From Elusimicrobiota bacterium (GTDB lineage: Bacteria > Elusimicrobiota > Elusimicrobia > Elusimicrobiales > UBA9959): a DNA stretch of 64,000 nucleotides. Under the pieces are notes generated by a model. The model was not told where the DNA came from and did no database searches. It saw only the letters and a program-made list of their open reading frames with translations. This document shows positions 1-11,237 of the stretch, in pieces; positions within the stretch are counted from its first letter, which is position 1; the number at the start of each line of letters is the position of its first letter. Where the stretch lies: positions 19,266-83,265 of the forward strand of contig JAAYVI010000014.1 of the NCBI GenBank assembly GCA_012517235.1, read 5' to 3'. A program made the translations under genes and the position numbers.

Positions 1-228
1 TTTAAAAAAGAATTCGAATCTTACGCAAAGAAGATTTCTTTAAATTTTCCCGAAATGGAAAAATGTCACGCAGATCTTGCGGTTTTAAAAGAAGTTAAAA
101 GCGATATTTCCTACGGAGAACTAAAAGGAATAGACGCAACTCCCACTTTTTTCATAAACGGGAAAAGAGCCGTAGGCGGCGGACAGCTTATTAACGAACT
201 GCGCAGATTGGCCGCCAAAGAATTATGA
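1..228 (+). CDS. DsbA-family thioredoxin-fold protein, C-terminal fragment (5' end outside window)
   Basis: Frame 1 is open from base 1 to TGA at 226-228. It is absent from the ORF track because it has no start in the window. The translation ...GIDATPTFFINGKRAVGGGQLINELRRLAAKEL carries the T-P-T-F-x-I-N-G block typical of DsbA-like oxidoreductase C-termini. Its stop overlaps the next ATG (ATGA). Confidence 0.6.
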   Translation, partial: FKKEFESYAKKISLNFPEMEKCHADLAVLKEVKSDISYGELKGIDATPTFFINGKRAVGGGQLINELRRLAAKEL

Positions 229-692
229 CGGAAAAAGCGAAAAATATTTTATATCTTTTTTCGAGATTAATACCGGGTGCGGTTCTTCTCTATGCCGGAT
301 ATATAAAACTTATGTCTCCGGCCGAAGAATTCGCTTATGCGATAGAGTCTTATAAAATCATTTCCGGCCGGGCCGCCTTATATGCGGCGATATTCTTCCC
401 TTGGCTGGAAGTTTATTGCGGAATTCTTTTGATTTCCGGACTTTTCGTAAAAAAACTTTCCGCTTTTGCAGCCGCAGTTTTTATTTTTTTCGAACTTCTT
501 TTGGCGCAGGCTTTTTTAAGAGGGCTTGAAATAAAAGACTGCGGATGTTTCGGAGCCGCTCATTCCAATTCTCTGCCGGTAGAAATGGCCTTGAATATTA
601 TTTGGCTGTCTCTTTTATTTTTGTCTTTTAAAAAAGGAACTTTTTTTTCTTTGGATTCTTATTGGGAGAATAAATTTAAAAATGAAAAATAA
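225..692 (+). CDS. MauE/DoxX-family integral membrane protein
   Basis: 155-aa ORF with about four hydrophobic helices, a DoxX/MauE-like N-terminus (RLIPGAVLLYAGYIKL) and a cysteine pair (KDCGCFG). It is translationally coupled to the upstream DsbA-like gene. Confidence 0.55.
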   Translation: MTEKAKNILYLFSRLIPGAVLLYAGYIKLMSPAEEFAYAIESYKIISGRAALYAAIFFPWLEVYCGILLISGLFVKKLSAFAAAVFIFFELLLAQAFLRGLEIKDCGCFGAAHSNSLPVEMALNIIWLSLLFLSFKKGTFFSLDSYWENKFKNEK

Positions 693-1434
693 AATTCTTT
701 ACGCTATTATATCCCTGTTTTTTATCCCCTCTATTATTTTGGCTTTTAGAGGCTACGACGAGAAAAATACCGCGGAAAAAATATGGCTGGAAGTGGATTG
801 GCCCGCAAAAAAATCGAATTACTACATAGAAATAGACTCCGAAGGCAGATTTATGGCCAAAGAGGAAAAAAATAAAAAAATATTCATAAGGGAAGGCCAG
901 ATTAAAAAAATGTACGCCAAAGATTTTTTCAGAGAAACAAAAAACTCGGAAATAGTAACAAGACAAAATCCCGACGAATCCAAAACGCTATTTTATAACG
1001 GAGAGACTCTTAAAATATCCACTTATATAAACGGGGAATTAAGACGGGCCGAAGCTCCGATGAAAAACTTTAGCGATTCTTTTAAATTCGCATTTTCGGA
1101 AATGAAAAAAGAAATATTTAAAACTCCTTCGCAAAATAAATATTCGGCTTTTCTAACCGCCATACCTCTGACAGGCAAACTATTGGGCGATTTTGAAAGT
1201 AAAGGTTCGAGAGTCGAAGATCTTAAAATCATAGAAATTAAAAAATTAAAAAGCCAAACCAAAATATTCGAAGCCGTAAATTTTCCTTATAGGCTTATAC
1301 CTCTTAAAAACGACGAAGAGATATCGGAAATATCCGATTTTATCCATAAAGAAAGTCTTCCCGGAATGAAATCGCTGTTTTACATAGCGACTACGCGCGG
1401 AAATTTCCAGTGTTCGGTCATAGAACCAAGATAA
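682..1434 (+). CDS. hypothetical membrane-anchored protein
   Basis: 250-aa ORF with one N-terminal hydrophobic helix (ILYAIISLFFIPSIILAF). It overlaps the upstream gene by 11 nt. I recognised no motif. Confidence 0.5.
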   Translation: MKNKILYAIISLFFIPSIILAFRGYDEKNTAEKIWLEVDWPAKKSNYYIEIDSEGRFMAKEEKNKKIFIREGQIKKMYAKDFFRETKNSEIVTRQNPDESKTLFYNGETLKISTYINGELRRAEAPMKNFSDSFKFAFSEMKKEIFKTPSQNKYSAFLTAIPLTGKLLGDFESKGSRVEDLKIIEIKKLKSQTKIFEAVNFPYRLIPLKNDEEISEISDFIHKESLPGMKSLFYIATTRGNFQCSVIEPR

Positions 1435-1472
1435 TGATTGAATTTAAGCCTATTTTAAAATAAAATAAAATT

Positions 1473-1868
1473 ATGAGCGAAAAGATTTTTATAATGGCGA
1501 TAGACGACGACGATACTATTTTGGATATTTACGAATCCGGACTATCTTCTTCCTACGAACTTAAAACCTTCGACAATCCGATAAAAGCCAAAGAATTTAT
1601 AAATTCTAACGAAAGAAAACCGGATGTGATACTTATGGACATAATGATGCCTCAAATAGACGGCATAGCGCTTATGAGCGAAATACATTCTCAGGAATCG
1701 ACAAAACACATACCTATCATAGCGATAAGCGGATTAAACGATGCCGCTACCTTAAACGACGCTTTGCTGTTCGGAGCGTTGGATTATATGGTAAAACCTT
1801 TCGACTTGGGCGAACTGGAATCCAAAATAAAAAAAGCGGCCGAAATTTCGAGAAGAAAAAATCATTAA
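1473..1868 (+). CDS. single-domain response regulator (CheY-like receiver)
   Basis: 131 aa. It has an acidic pocket (AIDDDD), the phospho-acceptor context [13 protein letters not shown], and a conserved K in YMVKPF. Confidence 0.85.
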   Translation: MSEKIFIMAIDDDDTILDIYESGLSSSYELKTFDNPIKAKEFINSNERKPDVILMDIMMPQIDGIALMSEIHSQESTKHIPIIAISGLNDAATLNDALLFGALDYMVKPFDLGELESKIKKAAEISRRKNH

Positions 1869-2803
1869 TTTTTACTTACGGCTTTCCTGAAATATTCTAC
1901 GGTTTTCTTTAAACCCTCTTCCAAAGAAACTTCCGGAGTCCATTTTAGTTTTGTTTTGGCCAGCGTTATATCGGGCCTTCTGACTTTGGGATCGTCTTGC
2001 GGAAGAGGCTTAAAAATTATTTTGGAAGAGCTTTTTGTTATTTTCTTTACCGTTTGAGCCAATTCCAAAAGAGTTATTTCGTGAGGATTTCCTATGTTTA
2101 CCGGCTCGTTTAAACCGCTGTATAAAAGCTTATAAATGCCTCTGACCAAATCGGAAACATAACACAAACTTCTCGTTTGAGAGCCGTCTCCGTAAACGGT
2201 AATGGGTTTATTTTTAAGCGCCTGCGTCATAAAGTTAGGCACCGCTCTTCCGTCGTTTATTCTCATATTGGGGCCGTAGGTATTAAAAATTCTTATTATT
2301 CTCACGGGCATCTTATGATACCTGTGATAAGCCATAGTCATCGCTTCGGCAAAACGCTTTGCCTCGTCGTAAACGCCTCTTGGACCCACCGGATTTACAT
2401 TCCCCCAATATTTTTCGTTTTGAGGATTAATTAAAGGATCTCCGTATACTTCGGAAGTCGAAGCTATCATAAAAACCGCTTTTTTTTCTTTTGCGAAACC
2501 CAAAGCTTTATGAGTTCCCAACGCTCCTACTTTAAGAGTAGGTATCGGAAATTTAAGATAGTCCACCGGGCTGGCCGGACTGGCAAAATGAAGTATGGCG
2601 TCTACTTTTCCCGGAACATGAATATAATTTGTAACGTCGTATTTCTGAAAAGCAAAATTTTCGTTTCCGAAAAGATCCTTTATATTTTCCACGCTGCCCG
2701 TTATCAAATTATCTATGGCTGTAACTTTATGGCCCTTGGATAGAAAATATCTGCTCAGATGACTGCCCAAAAATCCCGCGCCGCCGGTTATTACGACTCT
2801 CAT
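1865..2803 (-). CDS. UDP-glucuronate decarboxylase (UXS-type SDR)
   Basis: 312 aa. It has the Rossmann motif GGAGFLGSH and the UXS-typical blocks [28 protein letters not shown] and RIFNTYGP. It lies directly downstream of ugd. Confidence 0.85.
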   Translation of the reverse strand: MRVVITGGAGFLGSHLSRYFLSKGHKVTAIDNLITGSVENIKDLFGNENFAFQKYDVTNYIHVPGKVDAILHFASPASPVDYLKFPIPTLKVGALGTHKALGFAKEKKAVFMIASTSEVYGDPLINPQNEKYWGNVNPVGPRGVYDEAKRFAEAMTMAYHRYHKMPVRIIRIFNTYGPNMRINDGRAVPNFMTQALKNKPITVYGDGSQTRSLCYVSDLVRGIYKLLYSGLNEPVNIGNPHEITLLELAQTVKKITKSSSKIIFKPLPQDDPKVRRPDITLAKTKLKWTPEVSLEEGLKKTVEYFRKAVSKN

Positions 2804-2811
2804 TTATCCCC

Positions 2812-4140
2812 CTAAGGTCTTCCCACGGATTTATATGTAAACCCCATCTCTCTCATCTTGGAAGGATTATAGAGATTTCTTCCGTCTATCAATATCGGAT
2901 GCTTTACCAGTTTTAATACTTTGGAAAAATCCAATTGGGCAAATTGATTCCATTCGGTTATAAGACATACGCAATCGGCGCCTTTTACGCAGTCATAAGC
3001 GTCTTTGGCAAAATATATGCCTTTAATTACTTTCTTTGCGTTTTCCATCGAAACTGGGTCATAAGCTCTTATTTTTGCTCCTTTGGACTTTAGAGTTTCC
3101 GCTATGTCTATGGAAGGCGCAAATCTCATATCGTCGGTTAAAGGCTTAAATGCCAAGCCCAAAAAAGCCACGGTTTTCCCCTCCAAATTCCAAAGTTCTT
3201 CTTCGACTTTGGCGGTCATCCATTTTTTTTGACCCTCGTTTATCTCTTTTACATTTTTAAGAAGTTCAAAATCGTATCCTTTTTGCTTTGAAAGCCAGTA
3301 AAAAGCCTCCAAATCTTTGGGAAAACAAAATCCGCCGAACCCTATACCCGCTTTTAAGAAAGCGGGGCCTATTCTTTTATCCAAACCCATGCCTTTTGCG
3401 ACATCTTCCACATTGGCGCCTGTTTTTTCGCATATATTGGCCACGGCATTGATAAAGGATATTTTGGTGGAAAGGAAAGAATTTGAGGCATGCTTTATAA
3501 GTTCCGAACTTTTGACATCGGTAACAAGCATGGGATATTTGGAAAGAGAAGAATAAACTTTTCTAAGAACAAATTCCGCTTTCTTGGAAGGCACTCCTAT
3601 GACTATTCTGTCGGGTTTGAGAAAATCTTCTATCGCCACTCCCTCTCTTAAAAATTCCGGATTGGAACATACGTCAAACGGTATTTTCCTTTTGTTAAAT
3701 CTCGAAACGGTTTTTTCTATCCAAAGACAGGTTTCCACGGGAACCGTAGATTTCTCGACTATTACGGTATAATCGGTCATATTTTCCGCTATTTCCTGAG
3801 AAACTTTTTCTATGGCGGACAAATCCGCCGAACCGTCTTCTCTGGGAGGCGTTCCTACGGCTATAAAAACCGCTTCCGCTCTATGACCTTTATGAAACAT
3901 TCCTTCCTTTATCGAAGAAGCGAAAAAAAGTCTTCCCGCTTTGACATTTCTTTTTACAAGCTCTTCGAGCCCTTCTTCGTAAATGGGCATTTTGCCTTTA
4001 TTTAACATTTTTATTTTTTCGATGTTATTATCGACGCATACCACTCTGTTTCCCATTTCCGCCAAACAGGCTCCGGAAACAAGACCGACATAACCCGTTC
4101 CTATCATGCATAAATTTGTTTTATTCTTTTTATCGCTCAT
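2812..4140 (-). CDS. ugd: UDP-glucose 6-dehydrogenase
   Basis: 442 aa. It has the N-terminal GTGYVGLVSGACLA NAD fold, the catalytic-Cys block GFGGFCFPKD and NPEFLREG. Confidence 0.9.
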   Translation of the reverse strand: MSDKKNKTNLCMIGTGYVGLVSGACLAEMGNRVVCVDNNIEKIKMLNKGKMPIYEEGLEELVKRNVKAGRLFFASSIKEGMFHKGHRAEAVFIAVGTPPREDGSADLSAIEKVSQEIAENMTDYTVIVEKSTVPVETCLWIEKTVSRFNKRKIPFDVCSNPEFLREGVAIEDFLKPDRIVIGVPSKKAEFVLRKVYSSLSKYPMLVTDVKSSELIKHASNSFLSTKISFINAVANICEKTGANVEDVAKGMGLDKRIGPAFLKAGIGFGGFCFPKDLEAFYWLSKQKGYDFELLKNVKEINEGQKKWMTAKVEEELWNLEGKTVAFLGLAFKPLTDDMRFAPSIDIAETLKSKGAKIRAYDPVSMENAKKVIKGIYFAKDAYDCVKGADCVCLITEWNQFAQLDFSKVLKLVKHPILIDGRNLYNPSKMREMGFTYKSVGRP

Positions 4141-4150
4141 TTTTTCTCCC

Positions 4151-5608
4151 TTATTTTGTTTCGCAATTTTTTACTATTTCGGATCCCTCTTCGGGAACTA
4201 TTTCTTTTTCTCTCGCCAATTCGCAGGCTCTCTTTTTCTCCGCTCTGCCTATGAAATATATGGCCACAAACATTAATATCAAGCCGAGCCAGTCTTGCTC
4301 TTTTGGCATTTTTTGACCTTTTATCAATAAATAAACCAAAACCGTAGCCGCCGTGCCCGCTATAAGAGAAGTCAATCTGTTTACAAGACCCGCAAAAGTG
4401 GCCGTTCTACCCTTAAACATAAAAAGAAAAACCGAAAAAAAGGCCGCCGCGCCGAAAGGAAGTCCGGAAAGTATGGTAGCAAACCATTTGTCGGTAGGCT
4501 TCTTTACCGCTTCGCTGAATTTATAAGCAAAAGTTTTTTTGACCGGTTTTACCGCTTCTTCGATTTCCGAAACGGCTTTTTCCAAATCTTCTTTTTTGGC
4601 TTTTTTATCGGAAAGCAAAAACAAAGACGATTTTATTTTTTCTTGAGTCAGAATGAGCGTTTGAGAATCGAACTTATTGGCGTCTTGAGATAAAAGCGAT
4701 TCGGCTTGCTCTACGGCTTTGGAAAGCTTTTCTGCTTCCGGCAAAGAGGCGTTAATAGCCGGTTTTTCGGCAGGAACATAAACGAAAGAAGAAGGCTTAT
4801 TGACGGCAAAAAAGAAAATTATGCCGGCCAGCGTTATGGCTATCGTAGAAGATATCTGTTCTACGGCAAAAAAACCGTTCGTATCGTATATGGCGCCTTT
4901 AGGCCTTGTGTTTTTGTAGTAATTCATTATATAAATTCTTATCGTATAAGCCGTAAGATAAAAAGTCAATATTGTCATTGCGGCCGCATTTCCCAAAAAG
5001 TCAAAATCTTTTTTATCGAATTTAAAAAGATCGGAAAGAAAATTTGCGTATGTTCCGGTCTGATCCGCGGATAAAAAAGCGCCTTTGAAATTTAAAAGCT
5101 GCAGAGAAACCGCAAGCAAAGCTATTACTACGGCCAAGTTTTCTTCCCAATACACTTTCTTTTTAAGTATGCCTTGTCTTATCTGAACTTCGTCTATCAA
5201 TCTGCTTATTATTATTATGCTGGCTCTCATTATTATCATAGCCACCATTACCGAAATCGGCAAAGTATACATTAATGTTGTCGTAGGTATTACTATGGCC
5301 GTGCATATCCCCGAAGGAATTATATATAAAAATTCCTTTGGCATATTAAAACCCAAAAATTTTATCGTTTCGCTCGACTTAAATTTATACCAGCCCCAAA
5401 TTAAAACGACGGCATTGCATATAAGCATGCCGCCTATGGTATTGTAAAAAGTATACTGTACGTCGCTTACTCCCAAAACTTTATCGAAATATTTTGCCAA
5501 ATATCCGGTAAGAACATATAAGAAAAAGTAAGCTCCCGAAAGCTGTATTAATCTTTCGGTAGTTCCTTCATGCGTTTTTCCGAAAACCGACGTCAAAGTT
5601 TTTAACAT
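4151..5608 (-). CDS. polytopic membrane protein of unknown function
   Basis: 485 aa with many hydrophobic helices and a central hydrophilic, Lys/Glu-rich segment (about aa 290-370). It is co-directional with ugd/uxs. Confidence 0.6.
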   Translation of the reverse strand: MLKTLTSVFGKTHEGTTERLIQLSGAYFFLYVLTGYLAKYFDKVLGVSDVQYTFYNTIGGMLICNAVVLIWGWYKFKSSETIKFLGFNMPKEFLYIIPSGICTAIVIPTTTLMYTLPISVMVAMIIMRASIIIISRLIDEVQIRQGILKKKVYWEENLAVVIALLAVSLQLLNFKGAFLSADQTGTYANFLSDLFKFDKKDFDFLGNAAAMTILTFYLTAYTIRIYIMNYYKNTRPKGAIYDTNGFFAVEQISSTIAITLAGIIFFFAVNKPSSFVYVPAEKPAINASLPEAEKLSKAVEQAESLLSQDANKFDSQTLILTQEKIKSSLFLLSDKKAKKEDLEKAVSEIEEAVKPVKKTFAYKFSEAVKKPTDKWFATILSGLPFGAAAFFSVFLFMFKGRTATFAGLVNRLTSLIAGTAATVLVYLLIKGQKMPKEQDWLGLILMFVAIYFIGRAEKKRACELAREKEIVPEEGSEIVKNCETK

Positions 5609-5671
5609 AAAACCTCCGAAGAATCCTAATAATAATTATAAATTATTTAAAGGAAAATTAAAATTTTAAAA

Positions 5672-6100
5672 CTATTTGGTTACCAAATATATCCCAAAAG
5701 AAATAAGCACCGCGCCGAAAAATTTGGAAATATTAATGCTTTCACCCAAAAAAAGCCAGGCTAAAAAAAATGTTACCAAAGGATATACCGAAGAAAGAGG
5801 AACTATTTTGGAAGCTTCGCCGGCGCTCATCGCTTTTAGATAAAAGAAAACTCCGCTCATTGTGACCAAAACGCTTAAAAAAAGATATAACCAAGATATC
5901 TTTGCCGCGGAGGCCAATTCTTTGGAAGTAAGAGAAAATCTGGCTGCCAAAAGAGGAACAAATACAACAAGCATAACAAAAGTTCTGCCGAAAAATGCGG
6001 CGTTAGGATTCAAATATTTTAATGTCATTTTATCGAAGAAAGCGCCCGCTCCCCAAGATATGACGGCCAAAAAAAGAAAAAAGTAAATTAAGTTGTTCAT
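5672..6100 (-). CDS. EamA/DMT-superfamily small membrane transporter (single EamA domain)
   Basis: 142 aa with 4-5 helices and an EamA-like pattern (ISWGAGAFFDK ... FLGESI). It overlaps the upstream TPR gene by 4 nt. Confidence 0.65.
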   Translation of the reverse strand: MNNLIYFFLFLAVISWGAGAFFDKMTLKYLNPNAAFFGRTFVMLVVFVPLLAARFSLTSKELASAAKISWLYLFLSVLVTMSGVFFYLKAMSAGEASKIVPLSSVYPLVTFFLAWLFLGESINISKFFGAVLISFGIYLVTK

Positions 6101-7266
6101 GGCGGCGGCAATTGATCGGGCAAAACGGAAATATTAAAAGGCGATTCTTTAAAATTTTCTATATATTCTTTAAAACCCCAATTATCTTTATATGAGAGAG
6201 CTTCTTTATAAAAGTCCAGAGCTTCTTTTCTGAGAGACTGTATGTCGTATATGTTTCCCAGCCTTACTATTCCCCACACGCCCCAGCGGCTGGGATGTTT
6301 TTCTTTTTGTATCGTTTCTCTTGCTTTTTGAAAATAATTTTTTGCGCCCTCGTAATCTTTATCTATCATCCTGACCGTTCCCAAAGCGACATAAATTCTC
6401 GAAAGATATTTTTCTCTATAATGAGGGTGCTTTCCGACTCTGGAAAGATATTCTTTCATCTCTTTTTCCGCTTCTTCGTACATTTTAGCTTCGTAAAGAG
6501 AAACTATTTCCACAAAATGCATTTGGGCATGATAAGGATATTTTTTCCTAAGTTCTTTCGACCACTCTACGGCCGTCTTAGCATCGGCGTATGCGCTGGC
6601 GTGTTGAGTAAAAATCTCTATTAGTATAAGTTCTGCGGCTTCGGAATTGAAATATCCTTTTTCTTTGCAAATTTTTAAATATTCTATCCCTTTTTTGGCG
6701 TCGCCGGGCATAACCAATTTGGAAAGGACTTTTACGACTCCCGTCAAGGTTCCGGCCGAATATTCGTACATCCCCAGTCCCAAATAAGAATCGTAAAGTT
6801 CCGGATCTATTTCCAAAGACTTTTTCATATAAGACAAAGCCTTTCTTCCGCTGAAATAAGCTTTTATCCAGCTGTGCTGCATAAGGTAAAGGCGAGCTCT
6901 GAGTCCGTACATTCCGCCCATACACATATGAGCATTTGCGTCCTTAGGATGTTTTTTTATCCAGGCTTTTCCTATTTCTATCGCTTTATCGGTAAGCTGG
7001 TAATACTGAGAATCCAAAGAAGGGTCCGACTCGTCGTCTAAATATTCGAAATGAGCCCATTTTGTCATCGCCAAACCGAAATGACCGAAAGGATGATCCG
7101 GATATTTTTCAACGGCCTCTTTAAAATTTTGCTCCGCCTTATCTAATTCAACCGCATATATCGCATCTATTCCTTTCTTTGAAATCTCTCTTAAATCTTT
7201 TGGCAAATCTTCTTTTTGAGCGAATAAATTGGCGGAAAACAAAGCGAGAATAATAATTTTTTTCAT
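6097..7266 (-). CDS. secreted TPR-repeat protein
   Basis: 389 aa with a signal peptide (MKKIIILALFSANLFAQ) and repeated A-x-x-x-F/Y-x-x-A-L TPR-like helices (e.g. EGAKNYFQKARE, KEALDFYKEAL). Confidence 0.6.
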   Translation of the reverse strand: MKKIIILALFSANLFAQKEDLPKDLREISKKGIDAIYAVELDKAEQNFKEAVEKYPDHPFGHFGLAMTKWAHFEYLDDESDPSLDSQYYQLTDKAIEIGKAWIKKHPKDANAHMCMGGMYGLRARLYLMQHSWIKAYFSGRKALSYMKKSLEIDPELYDSYLGLGMYEYSAGTLTGVVKVLSKLVMPGDAKKGIEYLKICKEKGYFNSEAAELILIEIFTQHASAYADAKTAVEWSKELRKKYPYHAQMHFVEIVSLYEAKMYEEAEKEMKEYLSRVGKHPHYREKYLSRIYVALGTVRMIDKDYEGAKNYFQKARETIQKEKHPSRWGVWGIVRLGNIYDIQSLRKEALDFYKEALSYKDNWGFKEYIENFKESPFNISVLPDQLPPP

Positions 7267-7267
7267 A

Positions 7268-8545
7268 TCATCCTATCCTGTCAAAGCCGGTATATTTTCT
7301 GAGAACTTCCGGCACTTCTACGGAACCGTCCTCTTTTTGATAGTTCTCTAAAACCGCCGCAAAAGTTCTGCCCACGGCAAGTCCCGAACCGTTTAAGGTG
7401 TGCGCAAATTTAGGTTTATCGCCCTTTGGTCTGTATCTTAAATTCATTCTCCTGGCTTGGAAATCCAAACAATTGGAACAGGAAGAAATTTCTCTATATC
7501 TGTTCTCGGAAGGCATCCAAACTTCTATGTCGTATGTTTTTGAAGAAGAAAATCCCAGATCGGCCGTGCAAAGCTCTATTATTCTGTAAGGTATTTTTAA
7601 AGCCTTAAGTATGCCCGAAGCATGAGAAACCATCTCATCCAAAGCTTTTGCGGAATTCTCTTGGGCTGTTATCCAAACCAGCTCCACTTTATTAAACTGA
7701 TGGTTTCTTATAAGCCCTCTCGTATCCTTGCCGTAAGAACCCGCCTCCTGTCTAAAGCAGGGAGTATGGGCGGTAAATTTAATAGGCAAGGAATTTTCTT
7801 CCAATATTTCGCCGGCAAATATATTCGTAAGAGGAACTTCGGCGGTAGGAATAAGATACAGCGGATTTTCTCCGGCTGTTTTATATAAGTCTTCTTCAAA
7901 TTTAGGCAATTGTCCGGTACCCGTCATCGTTTTGGAATTAACCAAAAAAGGAGGAAGTATTTCTTCATATCCGTTTTGAGCGTGAGAATCGAGCATAAAT
8001 TGGGCTATTGCTCTTTCCAATCTTGCGCCTTTGCCTTTAAGCATTGAAAATCTCGCTCCGGAAAGCTTGGCGGCTCTTTCAAAATCTATTATTCCCAGTT
8101 TTTCTCCTATATCATGATGATCCGAAGGTTTAAAAGAAAATTCCTTTTTAAAAGAAATATCTTCGTAAATCTGTTTATTATCCGCTTCGCTGTTTCCCAA
8201 AGGCACGCTTTCCTGCGGAAGATTCGGGACCGTCATAATCAAAGCTTCGAGTTCTTTTTCAAAAGACTGGGCTTTCGTCTCGAAATCGTACATAGCTTCT
8301 TTTACTTTGGACGCTTTTTCGGTTAGTTCGGGCGGCGGTTCTTTTTTTGCGATTTTATAAGAAGATATTTCTTTGCTCACGGCATTTCTTTCGTTTCTTA
8401 AAGCTTCGGCTTCCTGTATCGACTTTCTATAAGCCGCGTCGACGGAAAAAATCCTTTCGATAAGATCGGCATTTTTAGCGGATCTGGACAAAATCGCTTT
8501 TTTTACATATTCCGGAGAAGAACGCAGCAGTTTTATATCTATCAT
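7268..8545 (-). CDS. serS: seryl-tRNA synthetase
   Basis: 425 aa with the N-terminal coiled-coil arm (MIDIKLLR...) and class II motifs (FRQEAGSYGKDTRGLIRNHQF, GSGLAVGRT). Confidence 0.95.
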   Translation of the reverse strand: MIDIKLLRSSPEYVKKAILSRSAKNADLIERIFSVDAAYRKSIQEAEALRNERNAVSKEISSYKIAKKEPPPELTEKASKVKEAMYDFETKAQSFEKELEALIMTVPNLPQESVPLGNSEADNKQIYEDISFKKEFSFKPSDHHDIGEKLGIIDFERAAKLSGARFSMLKGKGARLERAIAQFMLDSHAQNGYEEILPPFLVNSKTMTGTGQLPKFEEDLYKTAGENPLYLIPTAEVPLTNIFAGEILEENSLPIKFTAHTPCFRQEAGSYGKDTRGLIRNHQFNKVELVWITAQENSAKALDEMVSHASGILKALKIPYRIIELCTADLGFSSSKTYDIEVWMPSENRYREISSCSNCLDFQARRMNLRYRPKGDKPKFAHTLNGSGLAVGRTFAAVLENYQKEDGSVEVPEVLRKYTGFDRIG

Positions 8546-8554
8546 AAAAGCCTC

Positions 8555-9052
8555 TTATTTTGAAAAAGGAAAAGTGTAAAAAGAAAGATCCAAAGCTTCG
8601 TCGCCCTTTCTGGCTTCCTTGGCTATTTCTAATTCTAAAAACGCCGGTTCAAAACCGGAATTTTTAAGACGCCTGATTTGTTCCGATAAATCCGTATTAT
8701 AAACATATATCTTTTTTTCCGAACTCGGCGCCAATCTGGAAATTCTTATATCTTCGGAAAGATACGATACGTCTTTGTATATCTTATCGCCTTTTTTAAG
8801 GAATAATCTCAATGAATATTTAAGAAGCAATCCTTCGGCCGCTTTTTGCGAAAAATTTTTAACCGTTATTTCCAATCTGTAATAATTTTCAAGTTTGCCT
8901 TCCGGCTTAAGTTTAATGGACTCGCAGTAAGAATAAACTTTTTTCTTGGCTACGACCGAAGGAGTATATTGAAAAACGGCGGATGAAATTTTAACCGTTT
9001 GTGAAAAAACCGGAGAGTATGCGAAAAGAATGATAAACAATATCTTTTTCAT
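8555..9052 (-). CDS. secreted hypothetical protein
   Basis: I chose the ATG at 9052 (MKKILFIILFAYSPVFSQ signal peptide, ATGA overlap with the upstream gene) over the longer track start at 9106. No motif recognised. Confidence 0.5.
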   Translation of the reverse strand: MKKILFIILFAYSPVFSQTVKISSAVFQYTPSVVAKKKVYSYCESIKLKPEGKLENYYRLEITVKNFSQKAAEGLLLKYSLRLFLKKGDKIYKDVSYLSEDIRISRLAPSSEKKIYVYNTDLSEQIRRLKNSGFEPAFLELEIAKEARKGDEALDLSFYTFPFSK

Positions 9053-9603
9053 GACATGGAAATTTTTTCGGCAAATTTTTTCGGCAAAAAAGAATAAATT
9101 TCGCAAACTATCTTATTTCCTCCGCAAACAAAAGCCATATCGGCGCGGGCTGTTATTTTTCCGGCATTAGCCGGCAAAGCGGATGAAATTATTTCTATCG
9201 CCGTATCTTTCGGAGATTGAGCCGTTTTAGGTCCCGACGGAATTATTTTTTTTCCCAAGAAATTTGATATTTCGCTTATAAGACAATTGAGTATTATATT
9301 CGATAATTCTTCCATCAAAAGCTCTTCCGACCTTGTCATCTTTTGAGAAACAAAAAAACCGTATCCTATGAAAGACTTTGAAATTGCCGGCAAATCCGAA
9401 CGCCTGAAAAGCATGGCGAAACTCATAGGAATATCGTCTTCGTCTACCTGGAAATAGCAACATACGGAGTCATAATTATCGTTGTTTGGCAAAATATCGG
9501 AAGTTTCCCATTTGGCAACCGAAATCTTATTTATTTTATCGACGGCTTTTGAGAAAGCTTTTTTAGAAATATTTTCCCAGGTCATATTTTTCGGCATATT
9601 CAT
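9049..9603 (-). CDS. hypothetical protein, possibly CheC/CheX-like phosphatase fold
   Basis: 184 aa, translationally coupled to the upstream receiver gene. The segment EELSNIILNCLISEISNFLGKKIIP loosely fits the CheC/CheX E-x-x-N...P helix. The functional call is weak. Confidence 0.4.
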   Translation of the reverse strand: MNMPKNMTWENISKKAFSKAVDKINKISVAKWETSDILPNNDNYDSVCCYFQVDEDDIPMSFAMLFRRSDLPAISKSFIGYGFFVSQKMTRSEELLMEELSNIILNCLISEISNFLGKKIIPSGPKTAQSPKDTAIEIISSALPANAGKITARADMAFVCGGNKIVCEIYSFLPKKFAEKISMS

Positions 9604-9950
9604 ATTTTATTCAGAGCTTTTTCCAATTCGTCGACCGAAAAAGGTTTTCTGAGTATAAAGGAAGCGCCTTCTTTCATCAATTCTTCGTCCAGAGAATCTT
9701 GTTCCAAGGCCGTAACTACTATAACCTTGGTCTTGGAATTTATTTTTTTAAATTCCTTCAATACTTCCAGGCCGGATTTATCCGGAAGTATTATGTCCAA
9801 AAGCAAGATATCGGCCTTAGAATCTCTCAGTTTTAAAACGGCTTCCGCAAAATTTTCCGCTTCGCCTACGGCCGCATGCCCTAACTTCTCTACCGCGGTT
9901 TTTATGGTGAATCTCGTAAGACTATTATCTTCCACAATAAATACTTTCAT
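9600..9950 (-). CDS. single-domain response regulator (CheY-like receiver)
   Basis: 116 aa with VEDN, the LLLDIILPDKSG phospho-acceptor context and ILRKPF. Confidence 0.85.
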   Translation of the reverse strand: MKVFIVEDNSLTRFTIKTAVEKLGHAAVGEAENFAEAVLKLRDSKADILLLDIILPDKSGLEVLKEFKKINSKTKVIVVTALEQDSLDEELMKEGASFILRKPFSVDELEKALNKI

Positions 9951-9959
9951 TTTACCCCC

Positions 9960-11237
<1,278 letters not shown>

